27,961 nucleotides of DNA from a virus (Duplodnaviria > Caudoviricetes), in IMG/VR virus record IMGVR_UViG_3300024287_000087, positions 1-27,961 of that record; one strand, written 5' to 3'. Shown piece by piece: positions 9,014-18,368 of this stretch. The position numbers and the translations under genes are program-made. Below the pieces are notes generated by a model. That model was given only the letters and a program-made list of their open reading frames with translations, ran no database searches and was not told where the DNA came from. Numbering within the stretch: position 1 is the stretch's first letter; each line of letters begins with the position of its first letter.

Positions 9014-9807
9014 AAGGCTACTGCACAATGTCATCCATCGGCAACTATGGCCGATTTGCAAACATGTTATTCCAGGTTGCCGGCGTGATCGGCGTCGCCC
9101 GCAAGAACGGACTACAACCTGTATTCAAGCCACTGGTGAACCTGGATCACAAAGAACGTTTTGGCAGCAGTGAGGATATTGATGTATGGAAACATTTTCA
9201 GAACCCTTTGCCTGCAATTCCTGCAGGCTTACAATGGAAAGATCGACCGGTCGAGTGGGGTTACCAGGATGTAAGGCTCGGTACCGGTAATTGGAACCTA
9301 TCAGGCCACTTTCAATCGTTCAAATACTTCGCTCACTGCTTTGATGAGGTGAAATATTACATGCGGATGAGGGATGAATACAAGCAGAATGACTATGTGG
9401 CTATTCATGTAAGACTAGGGGACTATGATGGAGCCTATCATCCACGGCTAGGCCTCGATTACTATATGGAAGCAATAAAAAGGTTTCCTGAAGACACCGA
9501 ATTTGTTGTCTTCAGTGATGACCAAAAAGAAGCTATGAAGATGTTTAGGCCCTTAGGCCTGAATATTAACGCATCAGTCGGGAATAATTATATTCAAGAT
9601 TTTGCTTTAATGAAATCCTGCCGGCACTTCATCATCGGCAACAGCAGTTACAGCGCAATGGCGGCCATATTAGGCGAAGCGACCGACAAGAAAGTAATTG
9701 CCCCAGCCCCCTGGTTTGGGCCTAAGCATGCAGATATAACCGGCGACGACATATACTGCCCCGGGTGGACCGTGATAAACTATGAAAAAAAGGAGGTCGC
9801 CGCATGA
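9010..9807 (+). CDS. Glycosyltransferase family 11 (alpha-1,2-fucosyltransferase-like)
   Basis: GT11 motifs GRFANMLFQ, GHFQS.KYF, VAIHVRLGDY, VFSDD, DFALMKSCRHFIIGNSSYS and VIAP.PWF. Confidence 0.92.
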   Translation: MKGYCTMSSIGNYGRFANMLFQVAGVIGVARKNGLQPVFKPLVNLDHKERFGSSEDIDVWKHFQNPLPAIPAGLQWKDRPVEWGYQDVRLGTGNWNLSGHFQSFKYFAHCFDEVKYYMRMRDEYKQNDYVAIHVRLGDYDGAYHPRLGLDYYMEAIKRFPEDTEFVVFSDDQKEAMKMFRPLGLNINASVGNNYIQDFALMKSCRHFIIGNSSYSAMAAILGEATDKKVIAPAPWFGPKHADITGDDIYCPGWTVINYEKKEVAA

Positions 9808-10889
9808 GGTTGCTTTGGATCATACACCTATACCCACCTACGCATAACTGCGGTAGTGAGCTGATGGCGCATCACATTAATAAGTTCTTAATGTCGAAGG
9901 GGCATGAAGTGCGTGTGATTTTGATGCAGGCTAAAAGACATAATGTGCAGGTGCCATATTACTACGAAGGGGTAAGGGTACAAGGTGATCCGCTGGATAA
10001 CCTGGATGCATACCGGTGGGCAGATGTGATATTAACTCACCTGGACTATACTAAATGGGCGATAAATATTGCCCGGCTGGTAAAGAAGCCAATAGCCTGT
10101 TTTATCCACAGCCATTACACCTACGACCCTAATCCGATCCCTGATGCGAAGTCTGATGTGCATATCGTATATAATAGCAAATGGGTAAAAGATACTTTGG
10201 CCTACAACTGGCCGAATATGTTATTGTATCCGCCGTGTGATGCCGGTTATTACAATGTTTGCCCAGATCCATGGGAGAACAAGGCAATAGCCATGATCAG
10301 CATTAATGAAAATAAAGGCGGTTATATCCTTTATAGGGTGGCGAAAGCCATGCCATATGCGAAATTTATAGGCGTTTACGGATCATATGATGATGGCGGA
10401 TTGCAGCAGGGAATAGCCGATAAGATAAGAAGCGAATGCCCAAATGTGGAGCTGGTGCCGAATAGCCCTGATATATTGAGCGTGTACAAGCGTACAAGGA
10501 TTCTATTAATGCCCTCCCGGTACGAAAGCTGGGGGAGGACAGCGACCGAGGCCATGTGTAACGGCATACCAGTAATCTGTACAGGCACGAGGGGGCTAAA
10601 AGAGAATTGCGGTGACGCGGGTCTGTATATTCCTGATCGTGGCGCATGCAAAGCTGATCAGTACGGCAAGATTACCGAACACGATGGGGAGTCATACGAT
10701 ATAAAGCCGATCGTGAAGCATATTAACAATCTGGATAACGAAAAATATTATCGAGCAGTAAGTACAGCGTGTAGAGATCGTGCAGCGCAGTTAAACCCAG
10801 CAAAACAACTCGAAGAACTTGAACAATTCATAATAAATGCTAAACACTTTAAAGGATATAAAGAACAGGCAAGCGGAGTCCATTACTGA
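9804..10889 (+). CDS. Glycosyltransferase, GT-B fold (GT4-like)
   Basis: N-terminal YPP..CGSE..GHEVRV and the EX7E motif in LLMPSRYESWGRTATEAMCNGIPVI. Confidence 0.9.
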   Translation: MRLLWIIHLYPPTHNCGSELMAHHINKFLMSKGHEVRVILMQAKRHNVQVPYYYEGVRVQGDPLDNLDAYRWADVILTHLDYTKWAINIARLVKKPIACFIHSHYTYDPNPIPDAKSDVHIVYNSKWVKDTLAYNWPNMLLYPPCDAGYYNVCPDPWENKAIAMISINENKGGYILYRVAKAMPYAKFIGVYGSYDDGGLQQGIADKIRSECPNVELVPNSPDILSVYKRTRILLMPSRYESWGRTATEAMCNGIPVICTGTRGLKENCGDAGLYIPDRGACKADQYGKITEHDGESYDIKPIVKHINNLDNEKYYRAVSTACRDRAAQLNPAKQLEELEQFIINAKHFKGYKEQASGVHY

Positions 10890-11457
10890 GCCGGCAACCC
10901 TGGCAGAGGTAAAGGCGTGGCTGATCATCGATACGGCGAATACCGATGATGACGCATTGCTTACCCGTCTTATAACCGAAGTGAGGCAGGCCATTGAAAA
11001 GAGAACAAAACTGTCATTGGTGAAGCGTGTAATTGTAGTTACTGTTGACCTGGTTCGTGAGTTCAAATTGCCACACGGGCCAATAAGGAGCATTGACGAG
11101 GTATTATATAGGAGAGGGACTAATGGAGATGGGACGCCGGACAACGAAACGCTGACAATTACGGATTACACTACTGATGGGGAAGATTTTAAAGTAATTA
11201 AATCTGGCCGCTGTGGTCGCCATAAGATAACATGCACAACCGGATACGGCGAAGATGAGGAAATCGATTATGATAACCCGACCCCGGAAGATTTGATGTT
11301 AGCGATTAGGGCTGAGATAGCATACAGGTATGAACACCGGGGCGATGAAACAAATACATTAAGTGATTCAGGTAACGCAACAGTGCAACGGGTAAGCGGC
11401 ATTAGCGCAGATGCGATGCAGTACCTGCGGCCATATATTGATACGGCATGGGTGTAA
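10837..11457 (+). CDS. Head-tail connector protein (HK97 gp6 / phiE125 gp8-like)
   Basis: Motifs EPATLAEVKAWL..DDDALLTRLI..RQAIE and PEDLMLAI...YEHRG. Overlaps the GT4 gene by 53 nt. Confidence 0.88.
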   Translation: MLNTLKDIKNRQAESITEPATLAEVKAWLIIDTANTDDDALLTRLITEVRQAIEKRTKLSLVKRVIVVTVDLVREFKLPHGPIRSIDEVLYRRGTNGDGTPDNETLTITDYTTDGEDFKVIKSGRCGRHKITCTTGYGEDEEIDYDNPTPEDLMLAIRAEIAYRYEHRGDETNTLSDSGNATVQRVSGISADAMQYLRPYIDTAWV

Positions 11458-11789
11458 ATTTTCATATTGGGCAATTAAAAAAGACGGTGGTATTCAAAAA
11501 GAACAACCGGGGATCTCTGGGCGCAGGTAGTAGGGATAATTTCGAAACATTTCTTACGACCCGGTGCAGCCTGGAAAAGAAAAGGGCGATTAAGCAGGCG
11601 GATCGCGGACAAGTAGAGGTAGCGCAGTGGTATAAAATGATATGTCGGTTCCAGTTGAACCTGATCAACAATTTGAGCAATTCATCAATCTGTGTGATAG
11701 AAGGCGAAACATATGTTATTCATGACTGGGATTTGGTTGATGAAAAAAAACATTTGTATGAGTTTATTATAAGTAAAAGTGTGAAGTAG
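11448..11789 (+). CDS. Head closure / head-tail adaptor (SPP1 gp16-like)
   Basis: 113 aa, IGQLKKTVVF N-terminus, late IEGETYVI; syntenic position. Confidence 0.78.
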   Translation: MGVNFHIGQLKKTVVFKKNNRGSLGAGSRDNFETFLTTRCSLEKKRAIKQADRGQVEVAQWYKMICRFQLNLINNLSNSSICVIEGETYVIHDWDLVDEKKHLYEFIISKSVK

Positions 11790-12379
11790 TGGCAGGAATG
11801 ATCAACATATCGGCGCCTGGTATCTCGGATGTTATAAGGGACATTAACACTTATAGCGCCAAGGTGCAAGCTCTTATACATGCAGAACTGAAAGCGTCTG
11901 TGCAAACAATGGTACGCAACGCAAAGCGTGATGCTCCTAAAGATATGGGCGCCTTAGCTGGTGGCGTTAATTATAGAGAGATCAATCAGACACTGTTCGA
12001 ATATTTTAGTCAGTCGGAGTATAGCGGGTATGATGAATTTGGAACAAGGGGCCGCAGAAGGATACCATCAGAGGTGCAGAAGCTAGGCATACAGTTTAGT
12101 AATACGAAATCAAGCGGAACAGCAGAGCAGGCATTGAAGTTTATCACCGCATGGGTGAAGCGCAAAGGAATAAGATTCGAGAGCGCCAGCCTACAAAAAG
12201 GCGGGAAGAATGCAGGGAAGAATAAGCTATTAACATTTGAACAAACGGCTTATTTCATTTTCCACCACATAATGCTTGTGGGTATAAAACCAAGGCCATT
12301 CTTTTTCCCGGCAATGCTTGATGAAACGCCGTTGTTGCAAAAAAGATTGGAGTATATCATAAATAATAACAGAATATGA
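11789..12379 (+). CDS. HK97 gp10-like tail-completion/neck protein
   Basis: Motifs AKRDAPKDMGAL, YDEFGT and GIKPRPFFFPA; GTG start. Confidence 0.85.
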   Translation: MAGMINISAPGISDVIRDINTYSAKVQALIHAELKASVQTMVRNAKRDAPKDMGALAGGVNYREINQTLFEYFSQSEYSGYDEFGTRGRRRIPSEVQKLGIQFSNTKSSGTAEQALKFITAWVKRKGIRFESASLQKGGKNAGKNKLLTFEQTAYFIFHHIMLVGIKPRPFFFPAMLDETPLLQKRLEYIINNNRI

Positions 12380-12828
12380 ACAGAGATAAAGCGGTAAGGA
12401 TGGGGTTCTATGATGCGATTAAGGCCGCGCTGTCTTATGATGGTAATTCTGTTCATACTTATGATAGCTTGACTACAAATGAGGTTGCCGAGGAAAATCA
12501 TTACGTTTTGTTGACCCAGCAATCCGGTGTTAACAATTCTGATTTCCGACGGTTTAGATGGAACTGTGTACAAACGATTGAAATAACAAGTAAGCAATTT
12601 TCAAGTGTAAGCAAGGATATAGTTGATGATATCAGCGAGCAGATCGAGCAGATAATTATATACCCGCAGAACCAGCCGGGGAGCGGCGGAATGATTGGAC
12701 AGTCAGGCTGGGAGTTTTCGGATATACTGCTTGAATCTACGAATTATATAGAAGTTGAATTATCAGCCAATTATTACGAGATAACAAAAGTGTTACAGGT
12801 TTCCTGTATAGCAACAAAATTAACTTAA
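12376..12828 (+). CDS. Probable tail terminator protein
   Basis: 150 aa, located between the gp10-like gene and the tail tube gene. Confidence 0.65.
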   Translation: MNRDKAVRMGFYDAIKAALSYDGNSVHTYDSLTTNEVAEENHYVLLTQQSGVNNSDFRRFRWNCVQTIEITSKQFSSVSKDIVDDISEQIEQIIIYPQNQPGSGGMIGQSGWEFSDILLESTNYIEVELSANYYEITKVLQVSCIATKLT

Positions 12829-12846
12829 CCGAAAAAGCAAATAAAA

Positions 12847-13287
12847 ATGCCACAAAGCAACTCAACGATCAATGCGAAAGATATGCCTATTGAACTGTCT
12901 TTCGATAATGGAGTAACCTGGAAAGTACTGGTCTGTTTGAAAGACGTCAGCATTCCATTGACTACCCCTGTAACAGCGGAAGACACTTATTGCGGCAAAA
13001 AGGTAGGGGTTGGCGTGATCGAGTTTAACCCATCAGGCAACGCCGTGTGTGAAACCAGGCCCGATACTGATGAAGTAAGCCATGATGACCTTGTAGAACA
13101 GATGGATAACGGAACTGCGTTTTTGTGGCGGCTTCAAAATCCTACATCTGGATCAGTGGGTTATAATTTTTACTACTCTGGTAGTTGTAAATGCACAAAT
13201 GTTACGTTCACCGGCACAGCGAATGGGCTGATGGGATTTGCTTTTACACTTACAGGGGAAGGAACATTAACAAGAGTGAAACCATAA
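12847..13287 (+). CDS. Major tail tube protein
   Basis: 146 aa, beta-rich, C-terminal FAFTLTGEGTL; precedes the chaperone and tape measure. Confidence 0.82.
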   Translation: MPQSNSTINAKDMPIELSFDNGVTWKVLVCLKDVSIPLTTPVTAEDTYCGKKVGVGVIEFNPSGNAVCETRPDTDEVSHDDLVEQMDNGTAFLWRLQNPTSGSVGYNFYYSGSCKCTNVTFTGTANGLMGFAFTLTGEGTLTRVKP

Positions 13288-13290
13288 CGG

Positions 13291-13743
13291 ATGAATACTT
13301 CAGGACTTTGCTCTATTCTGATGAATGGAGAAGACGTGACACTATTATTTGCAATGCCCGCCTGCGAATACTTCCAGACGAAGATCATAGAAGGCAGTAT
13401 TTTGGTTGATGATGATGGTAGCACTATTGGCAATAGCAGCCTTGCATTTCTGCTGCACGCTGGTTACTGGAATAATTGCATTGCCAACGGGAGGGCACCC
13501 AAATTAAAGATTGGCGACTTTCTGGAATGGATCGAGGTTAATATCGATGATGAGGTAGTGCAAACACAGTTGCTATCAGTTGCCGAAGCATTTAGAGAGA
13601 GTCAAAGTTTGGAACGAATTAAGAAAAGAACAGAAAAACAGGTAGAGGAACTAAAAAAAAAGGTGACAGAATTGAGTGGGACGCTATCGAATCTTTCTGC
13701 TATGGAGAACTCGGATTCAGCCCAGATCAATACAGAAGGTTAA
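13291..13743 (+). CDS. Tail assembly chaperone (gpG equivalent)
   Basis: Between the tube and tape measure genes, with a slippery run near the 3' end. Confidence 0.82.
   Translation: MNTSGLCSILMNGEDVTLLFAMPACEYFQTKIIEGSILVDDDGSTIGNSSLAFLLHAGYWNNCIANGRAPKLKIGDFLEWIEVNIDDEVVQTQLLSVAEAFRESQSLERIKKRTEKQVEELKKKVTELSGTLSNLSAMENSDSAQINTEG
13653..13662 (+). promoter_or_regulatory. Programmed -1 ribosomal frameshift site (A AAA AAG within A9G)
   Basis: In-frame cta aaa aaa aag; the -1 frame is open from 13662 to 14012. Confidence 0.85.
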
Positions 13744-14012
13744 CGTATCGTCAATACTTGCTAGCTGTAGACGGGTTTAGCAGAAATCAGAAAGTAGAAA
13801 ACGAACGGACGAGATTTCTTGCCTACACTATGGCAAAACCTTACCTGAAAGATCAGGACATGAGCGTGTACGAGTTTTGGCCCTTAGATGGAGATCCAAC
13901 GTCGGAAGAAATAACGCAGGATCAGAATGAGCGATTAGAGCGCGAGATGGAAGCGGCGGCAGAAGCAAGAGCAAGAATATTAAAAAAATTCAAAGAACGC
14001 AATGGGATTTAG
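13662..14012 (+). CDS. Frameshift extension of the tail chaperone (gpT part of a ~240-aa G-T product, 13291..14012)
   Basis: The -1 frame reads GDRIEWDAIESFCYGELGFSPDQYRRLTYRQYLLAVDGF and is in frame with track ORF 13758..14012. Confidence 0.82.
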   Translation, partial: GDRIEWDAIESFCYGELGFSPDQYRRLTYRQYLLAVDGFSRNQKVENERTRFLAYTMAKPYLKDQDMSVYEFWPLDGDPTSEEITQDQNERLEREMEAAAEARARILKKFKERNGI

Positions 14013-16239
14013 CGTAAATATCGGGGCAAATACAGCGCAGCTCGAGAAATCATTGGCCGAGTTGCAGGCTGATCTTATCGCCTTTAGGGAAAAGCTGAAA
14101 ACGGCTACTGATCCCCGCGCCATTGTTCAATTAAACGCCGAAATCGCCAAAACGAATACATTAATAAGATCTATTACAGGCGCAAGAGGCATTGATGATC
14201 TTAATAGATCATTTAGAAACATTGCGCCAGGCGCCAATCAGGCTGCAAATGCCCTTACAAACGTAGGCCGTGTTGCACAAGATTTGCCCTTTGGATTTGT
14301 TGGCATTCAGAATAACCTTAACCCATTACTGGAATCATTTCAACGATTAAAAGCTGAAACCGGTTCAGGTAAAGAGGCATTAAAGGCATTAGGACAATCG
14401 CTTATAGGTCCAGCCGGCCTTGGTATAGCGCTTTCCGTTGTTTCTGCTGCCTTTGTAATTTATCAAAATGGTATATCGGGCTTTAACACAAAAACAAAGG
14501 AAGCAAAAGACAAAACCGAAGAATTTTTAAAAACATTAAAGTCAGTAGGCGAAGTAACTGCTGCTGCTACCGGTAGCCAGGCAGGGGATATCTCCCAAGT
14601 GCAGGCTTTAGCCGGTGTAATTACTGATACTACTAATGCATACTCACTACGTAAACGGGCGCTGGAAGAACTTAAAGAAGTAAATAAAAATTACTTTGGC
14701 GATCTTAAGCTGGAAGAAAGTCAAATGACTACTCTTACCGACCGCGTCAATGAATACACTCAGGCAATAGTTGCGCAGGCGGTTGTAAAAGGGTTCACTG
14801 ATGAGATATCGCGTGTATCGGTGGAGCTTGCTAAACAGGAAAGGATTCTTAAGATCAATACCAATGAAGTTAATAGGCTTCGAACAGCGCTTGATAATAC
14901 CAGCAAGTCCGAAACATCATTAACCGGGGAAGATAGAATTTCCAGAAAATATATTAATACAAAAAACGCTCTAGACGACGCCAACAATGCATTCGCAAAT
15001 CAAAATGTTGTAGTCGGTAAACTTCGCTCAAATATGGATGACCTTCAGGGGTCAATTGATGGGGCGGTAAAGGAAACGCTAAAGTTTCGTGATCTAAATA
15101 GTCCTGGTAAGCAGAAGGCGGAAAATGATGGCCTTGCAAAACAATTATCCTTACTCGAGAAAATAAGAGATGCGCAAAAAGAGTTTCAGGACAAATTATT
15201 TAACCTAAATGATATCGATGCAGCTACCGATAAGTTAGCAGTATTAGAACAGCAAGTAGGTAATTTAAAATTAAAGATTGCGCTTAGGGATGCGAAGAAA
15301 ACAGGATTGCCTGCTGCCGAAATTGCAAAGCTGACTGATGCCATAAAAGAGGACACGCAGAAACGACTGAACGAAGCATTCGAGAAAGAAGCGTTATTGT
15401 TGGAGTTCAATCCGAAATTAAAATTAAGCAAGATTGACCGGTTTGATACAACTGAAATAGCAGGCCATTCATTTACAACTAAACAAAAATTGAAGGTTGT
15501 ATTGGACGGAGAGAATTTAAAATTTGAAGTCAAAGATATTCCGGTTGATGTTACTGACCTGCAAGGCAGGATTGCAAAAGCCTCAGGGTTTGATAAGAAG
15601 ATACCTACTATTACTATTCCTGAAGCTAGAATCAAATTCGAAAAGGCTGGGCTGAAGTTTGATAAACCCGCGGATCTAATAAATGCAATCGAAGCAGCGG
15701 CAACAGAATTTGGAAAGCAAGCAAGACAAATCATTTCGGATGCTATAGTTCCAGCTTTTACGAGCATTGGCGAAGGCATTGGAGAAGGAATTGACAAAGG
15801 AGATATAGTAGGGGGAATTAAAAAGGCCGGAGAAAGTTTATTGCATGTAATAGGTCAAGTTATCAAGGATATAGGCATACAAACGATTAAGGCATCTACT
15901 CTTGTTATTACATTACAGAAACTGCTTGCTTCTGCCGGATTCGGGCCGGGATCGTTGGCTGCAGGTGTCGCCCTTGTTGCGATAGGCACAGCTATTAGCA
16001 ATATAAAATTCAATACACCCAAATTTGCCAAAGGCGGTATAGTCTCTGGGCCGATCATCGGCCAAATCGGCGAGATGCACCGGCCAGAGGTTATTATGCC
16101 ATTAGACCGGTTGCCGCAAATGTTGCGCTCTATCGGTGGCGATGGCGGTAGCGACCTGCAATTAATCCCTATCATCAACAACGAGGGTTTATATCTAGCT
16201 GTTCAAAAAGGTGCAAGGAGGGCCGGTAGAAAGTTCTAA
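14002..16239 (+). CDS. Tail tape measure protein (745 aa)
   Basis: Long helical Ala/Lys/Glu-rich protein with AQDLPFGFVGIQNN, hydrophobic segments and C-terminal FAKGGIVSGP..GE..PEVIMPL. Confidence 0.92.
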   Translation: MGFSVNIGANTAQLEKSLAELQADLIAFREKLKTATDPRAIVQLNAEIAKTNTLIRSITGARGIDDLNRSFRNIAPGANQAANALTNVGRVAQDLPFGFVGIQNNLNPLLESFQRLKAETGSGKEALKALGQSLIGPAGLGIALSVVSAAFVIYQNGISGFNTKTKEAKDKTEEFLKTLKSVGEVTAAATGSQAGDISQVQALAGVITDTTNAYSLRKRALEELKEVNKNYFGDLKLEESQMTTLTDRVNEYTQAIVAQAVVKGFTDEISRVSVELAKQERILKINTNEVNRLRTALDNTSKSETSLTGEDRISRKYINTKNALDDANNAFANQNVVVGKLRSNMDDLQGSIDGAVKETLKFRDLNSPGKQKAENDGLAKQLSLLEKIRDAQKEFQDKLFNLNDIDAATDKLAVLEQQVGNLKLKIALRDAKKTGLPAAEIAKLTDAIKEDTQKRLNEAFEKEALLLEFNPKLKLSKIDRFDTTEIAGHSFTTKQKLKVVLDGENLKFEVKDIPVDVTDLQGRIAKASGFDKKIPTITIPEARIKFEKAGLKFDKPADLINAIEAAATEFGKQARQIISDAIVPAFTSIGEGIGEGIDKGDIVGGIKKAGESLLHVIGQVIKDIGIQTIKASTLVITLQKLLASAGFGPGSLAAGVALVAIGTAISNIKFNTPKFAKGGIVSGPIIGQIGEMHRPEVIMPLDRLPQMLRSIGGDGGSDLQLIPIINNEGLYLAVQKGARRAGRKF

Positions 16240-18368
16240 TGGCGTACAATCTCCATCATACTGTAAATTTCTTTAACTGTCTTAACGAGCAACTCCGCGT
16301 TGAGCTTTATAAAAAAGATGTTGTTCCAGATGAGGTAACGGAATTGCGCACAATATCATTTTCAGTTCAGTATCCATTAGGCAACGGAAATAATTTTGAT
16401 ACTCCCATTATTTCCATGGAGGCAAAACTTGTATTATACCTGGAACAAACAGACGCGCAAGAGTTTGACGACTTCATTGTTACTTTCCCGGACGAATGGA
16501 AAATGATTGCCTACAGCGACAACCAGGTTGTATTTGTTGGTTTTCTTACACCAGGAGAAGGACGATCCGAGTTGCAGGATAAACCTTACGAGGTTACTTT
16601 ATCAGCTGTTGATGGACTTGGATTGCTAAAGGGCGTACCCCTTACAAAAGCAGACGGCACCAAATTTACCGGCGTTGTTCACCTTATTAATTATTTGCTG
16701 CCGATTCTGGCTAAAACCGGATTAGATCTTAATGTCCGTACATATAGCAATATTATTGAGGAGTCTATGTTCGACAGAACTCAAGATTCTCAGGCTGAAA
16801 CGTTTAATCAGACCGGAGTTCATTCTAGAACATTTCTTAAAAATGCAACCGAGTTCTATGATTGTTATACATGTATAGAGAGGTTACTGAGCGAGTATTT
16901 CTGCATCTACCAGTGGTATGGTAAATGGGTTGTACTGAGGATAGGAGAGCTGCAAACTAATGTAGGTGCCAAAATATGGCATTCAGAATACAACAGTACC
17001 GGTGTTCTACTTGAAGTAGGTCAGGATTTGGTTGACCCCGCAGCAGTTGGACGAGATCGGTTAATACACCCTGTTGAATTGTCTCAATTTATCGGGTCAA
17101 ATTATGCTATAAAGTCTGCAAAGTATATATATAATTATAATGTCTGGCCTGAGTTGCCGACTAACAATAATTTTATTCATGGAACTCAATACGAATCAGG
17201 CGTAGCTACAGATGATTTTGATTCCGATGGAGACGGTGATACCTCAGAAGTTGTCGGCACTTATTATAAGTATACTATTGATAATTGGGAGCAAGGGGTT
17301 ATCGATTTTTTTGATATCCCACATCCGGCAATGGTGCCTACGTCAAATAAATTTTGGAGAGAAACATATGTAAACGATTTCGGGATAGAATTCGAAAATT
17401 ACATTAAATCAAATACAGAGAACACTGATATCGACCATTCCTTTTGGCTGCGAAGTGAGGGCGTCCCAATTTATAAAGGCGATAGGATAGGTTTTTCTGC
17501 TTCTAAAAGTTTTTCACATGATTTTAGCAGCTCATCTTCTTCGGTATTCACTACGGTAGCAAATATCTATATAGTCGCAGGAAGTAAGGCATATGCCTTA
17601 ACGAATAGATCAAGCGGTCAAGAGTTAAGTAAAGCGATATGGAAGTTAGCCGATGTTAATATAGGGCAGGGCGGCATGTTTATCACATATGCGCCTGGGC
17701 AAAAAACGAACACATTTTCTTCGTTAAACGTAACATCGGAAGCTGCGCCTGAAGATGGGATATTGTATATAGCTTTTGAATCGAAGGGCCCTAGTTCAAA
17801 TACTGGTGATTACCAATATTTGAAAGATTTTTCATTTACATACTATCCATTTATAGCCGGCGGATATCTCCCCTTAAAAGCTGATTTTGCACAAACCAGC
17901 CAAAGCGCGGAGCTAAAAGACATAATAGTGGAAGATGTCTTTATCTCAGATTCGCCTAAGAAGGTATTTAATGGTGCCCTATATCGAAACGATCTTACAA
18001 CTCTAACAACACCCACATGGCACCGTTTCAACGTAAACGAAAGGAGACACTTTAAAGAGTTAGGAGAGCTTGCCAGGTTTAATAATAACTATCGCCGCAT
18101 GTGGAGGATAGATGGTCAGTTTGATGGCCTTAAGTTCACTCCTGCTGGCAACCCGACAATCATAGAGCCTTTGTCGTTTCACAGACAATTTGTATTCCCC
18201 GATAGCAGCAAGCTAACTGGACATTATTTTGTCCTGGTGCCGCCACTCACCATTAACTATAGTGAAGGTCGGGCTGATATGAATTTTATAGAAGTGTTGC
18301 AAGAGGGGGCGAATGATGGAAATGACTTAGGCGATAATCATATACCAATACAATACATATTTGAATGA
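16239..18368 (+). CDS. Minor tail / baseplate hub-like protein (709 aa)
   Basis: Directly after the tape measure, beta-rich, with the motif VFVGFL..YEVTLSAVDGLGLLK. Confidence 0.7.
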   Translation: MAYNLHHTVNFFNCLNEQLRVELYKKDVVPDEVTELRTISFSVQYPLGNGNNFDTPIISMEAKLVLYLEQTDAQEFDDFIVTFPDEWKMIAYSDNQVVFVGFLTPGEGRSELQDKPYEVTLSAVDGLGLLKGVPLTKADGTKFTGVVHLINYLLPILAKTGLDLNVRTYSNIIEESMFDRTQDSQAETFNQTGVHSRTFLKNATEFYDCYTCIERLLSEYFCIYQWYGKWVVLRIGELQTNVGAKIWHSEYNSTGVLLEVGQDLVDPAAVGRDRLIHPVELSQFIGSNYAIKSAKYIYNYNVWPELPTNNNFIHGTQYESGVATDDFDSDGDGDTSEVVGTYYKYTIDNWEQGVIDFFDIPHPAMVPTSNKFWRETYVNDFGIEFENYIKSNTENTDIDHSFWLRSEGVPIYKGDRIGFSASKSFSHDFSSSSSSVFTTVANIYIVAGSKAYALTNRSSGQELSKAIWKLADVNIGQGGMFITYAPGQKTNTFSSLNVTSEAAPEDGILYIAFESKGPSSNTGDYQYLKDFSFTYYPFIAGGYLPLKADFAQTSQSAELKDIIVEDVFISDSPKKVFNGALYRNDLTTLTTPTWHRFNVNERRHFKELGELARFNNNYRRMWRIDGQFDGLKFTPAGNPTIIEPLSFHRQFVFPDSSKLTGHYFVLVPPLTINYSEGRADMNFIEVLQEGANDGNDLGDNHIPIQYIFE

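Noticed and set aside
6604-10889. Interpretation as a GtrABC-type serotype-conversion moron or as a DNA hypermodification locus
   Set aside because: There is no membrane flippase or GT-C component and no separate orientation. No hydroxymethylase, TET/JBP or nucleotide-metabolism genes are in the window, and the position is in the late head operon. These readings are disfavoured but not formally excluded.
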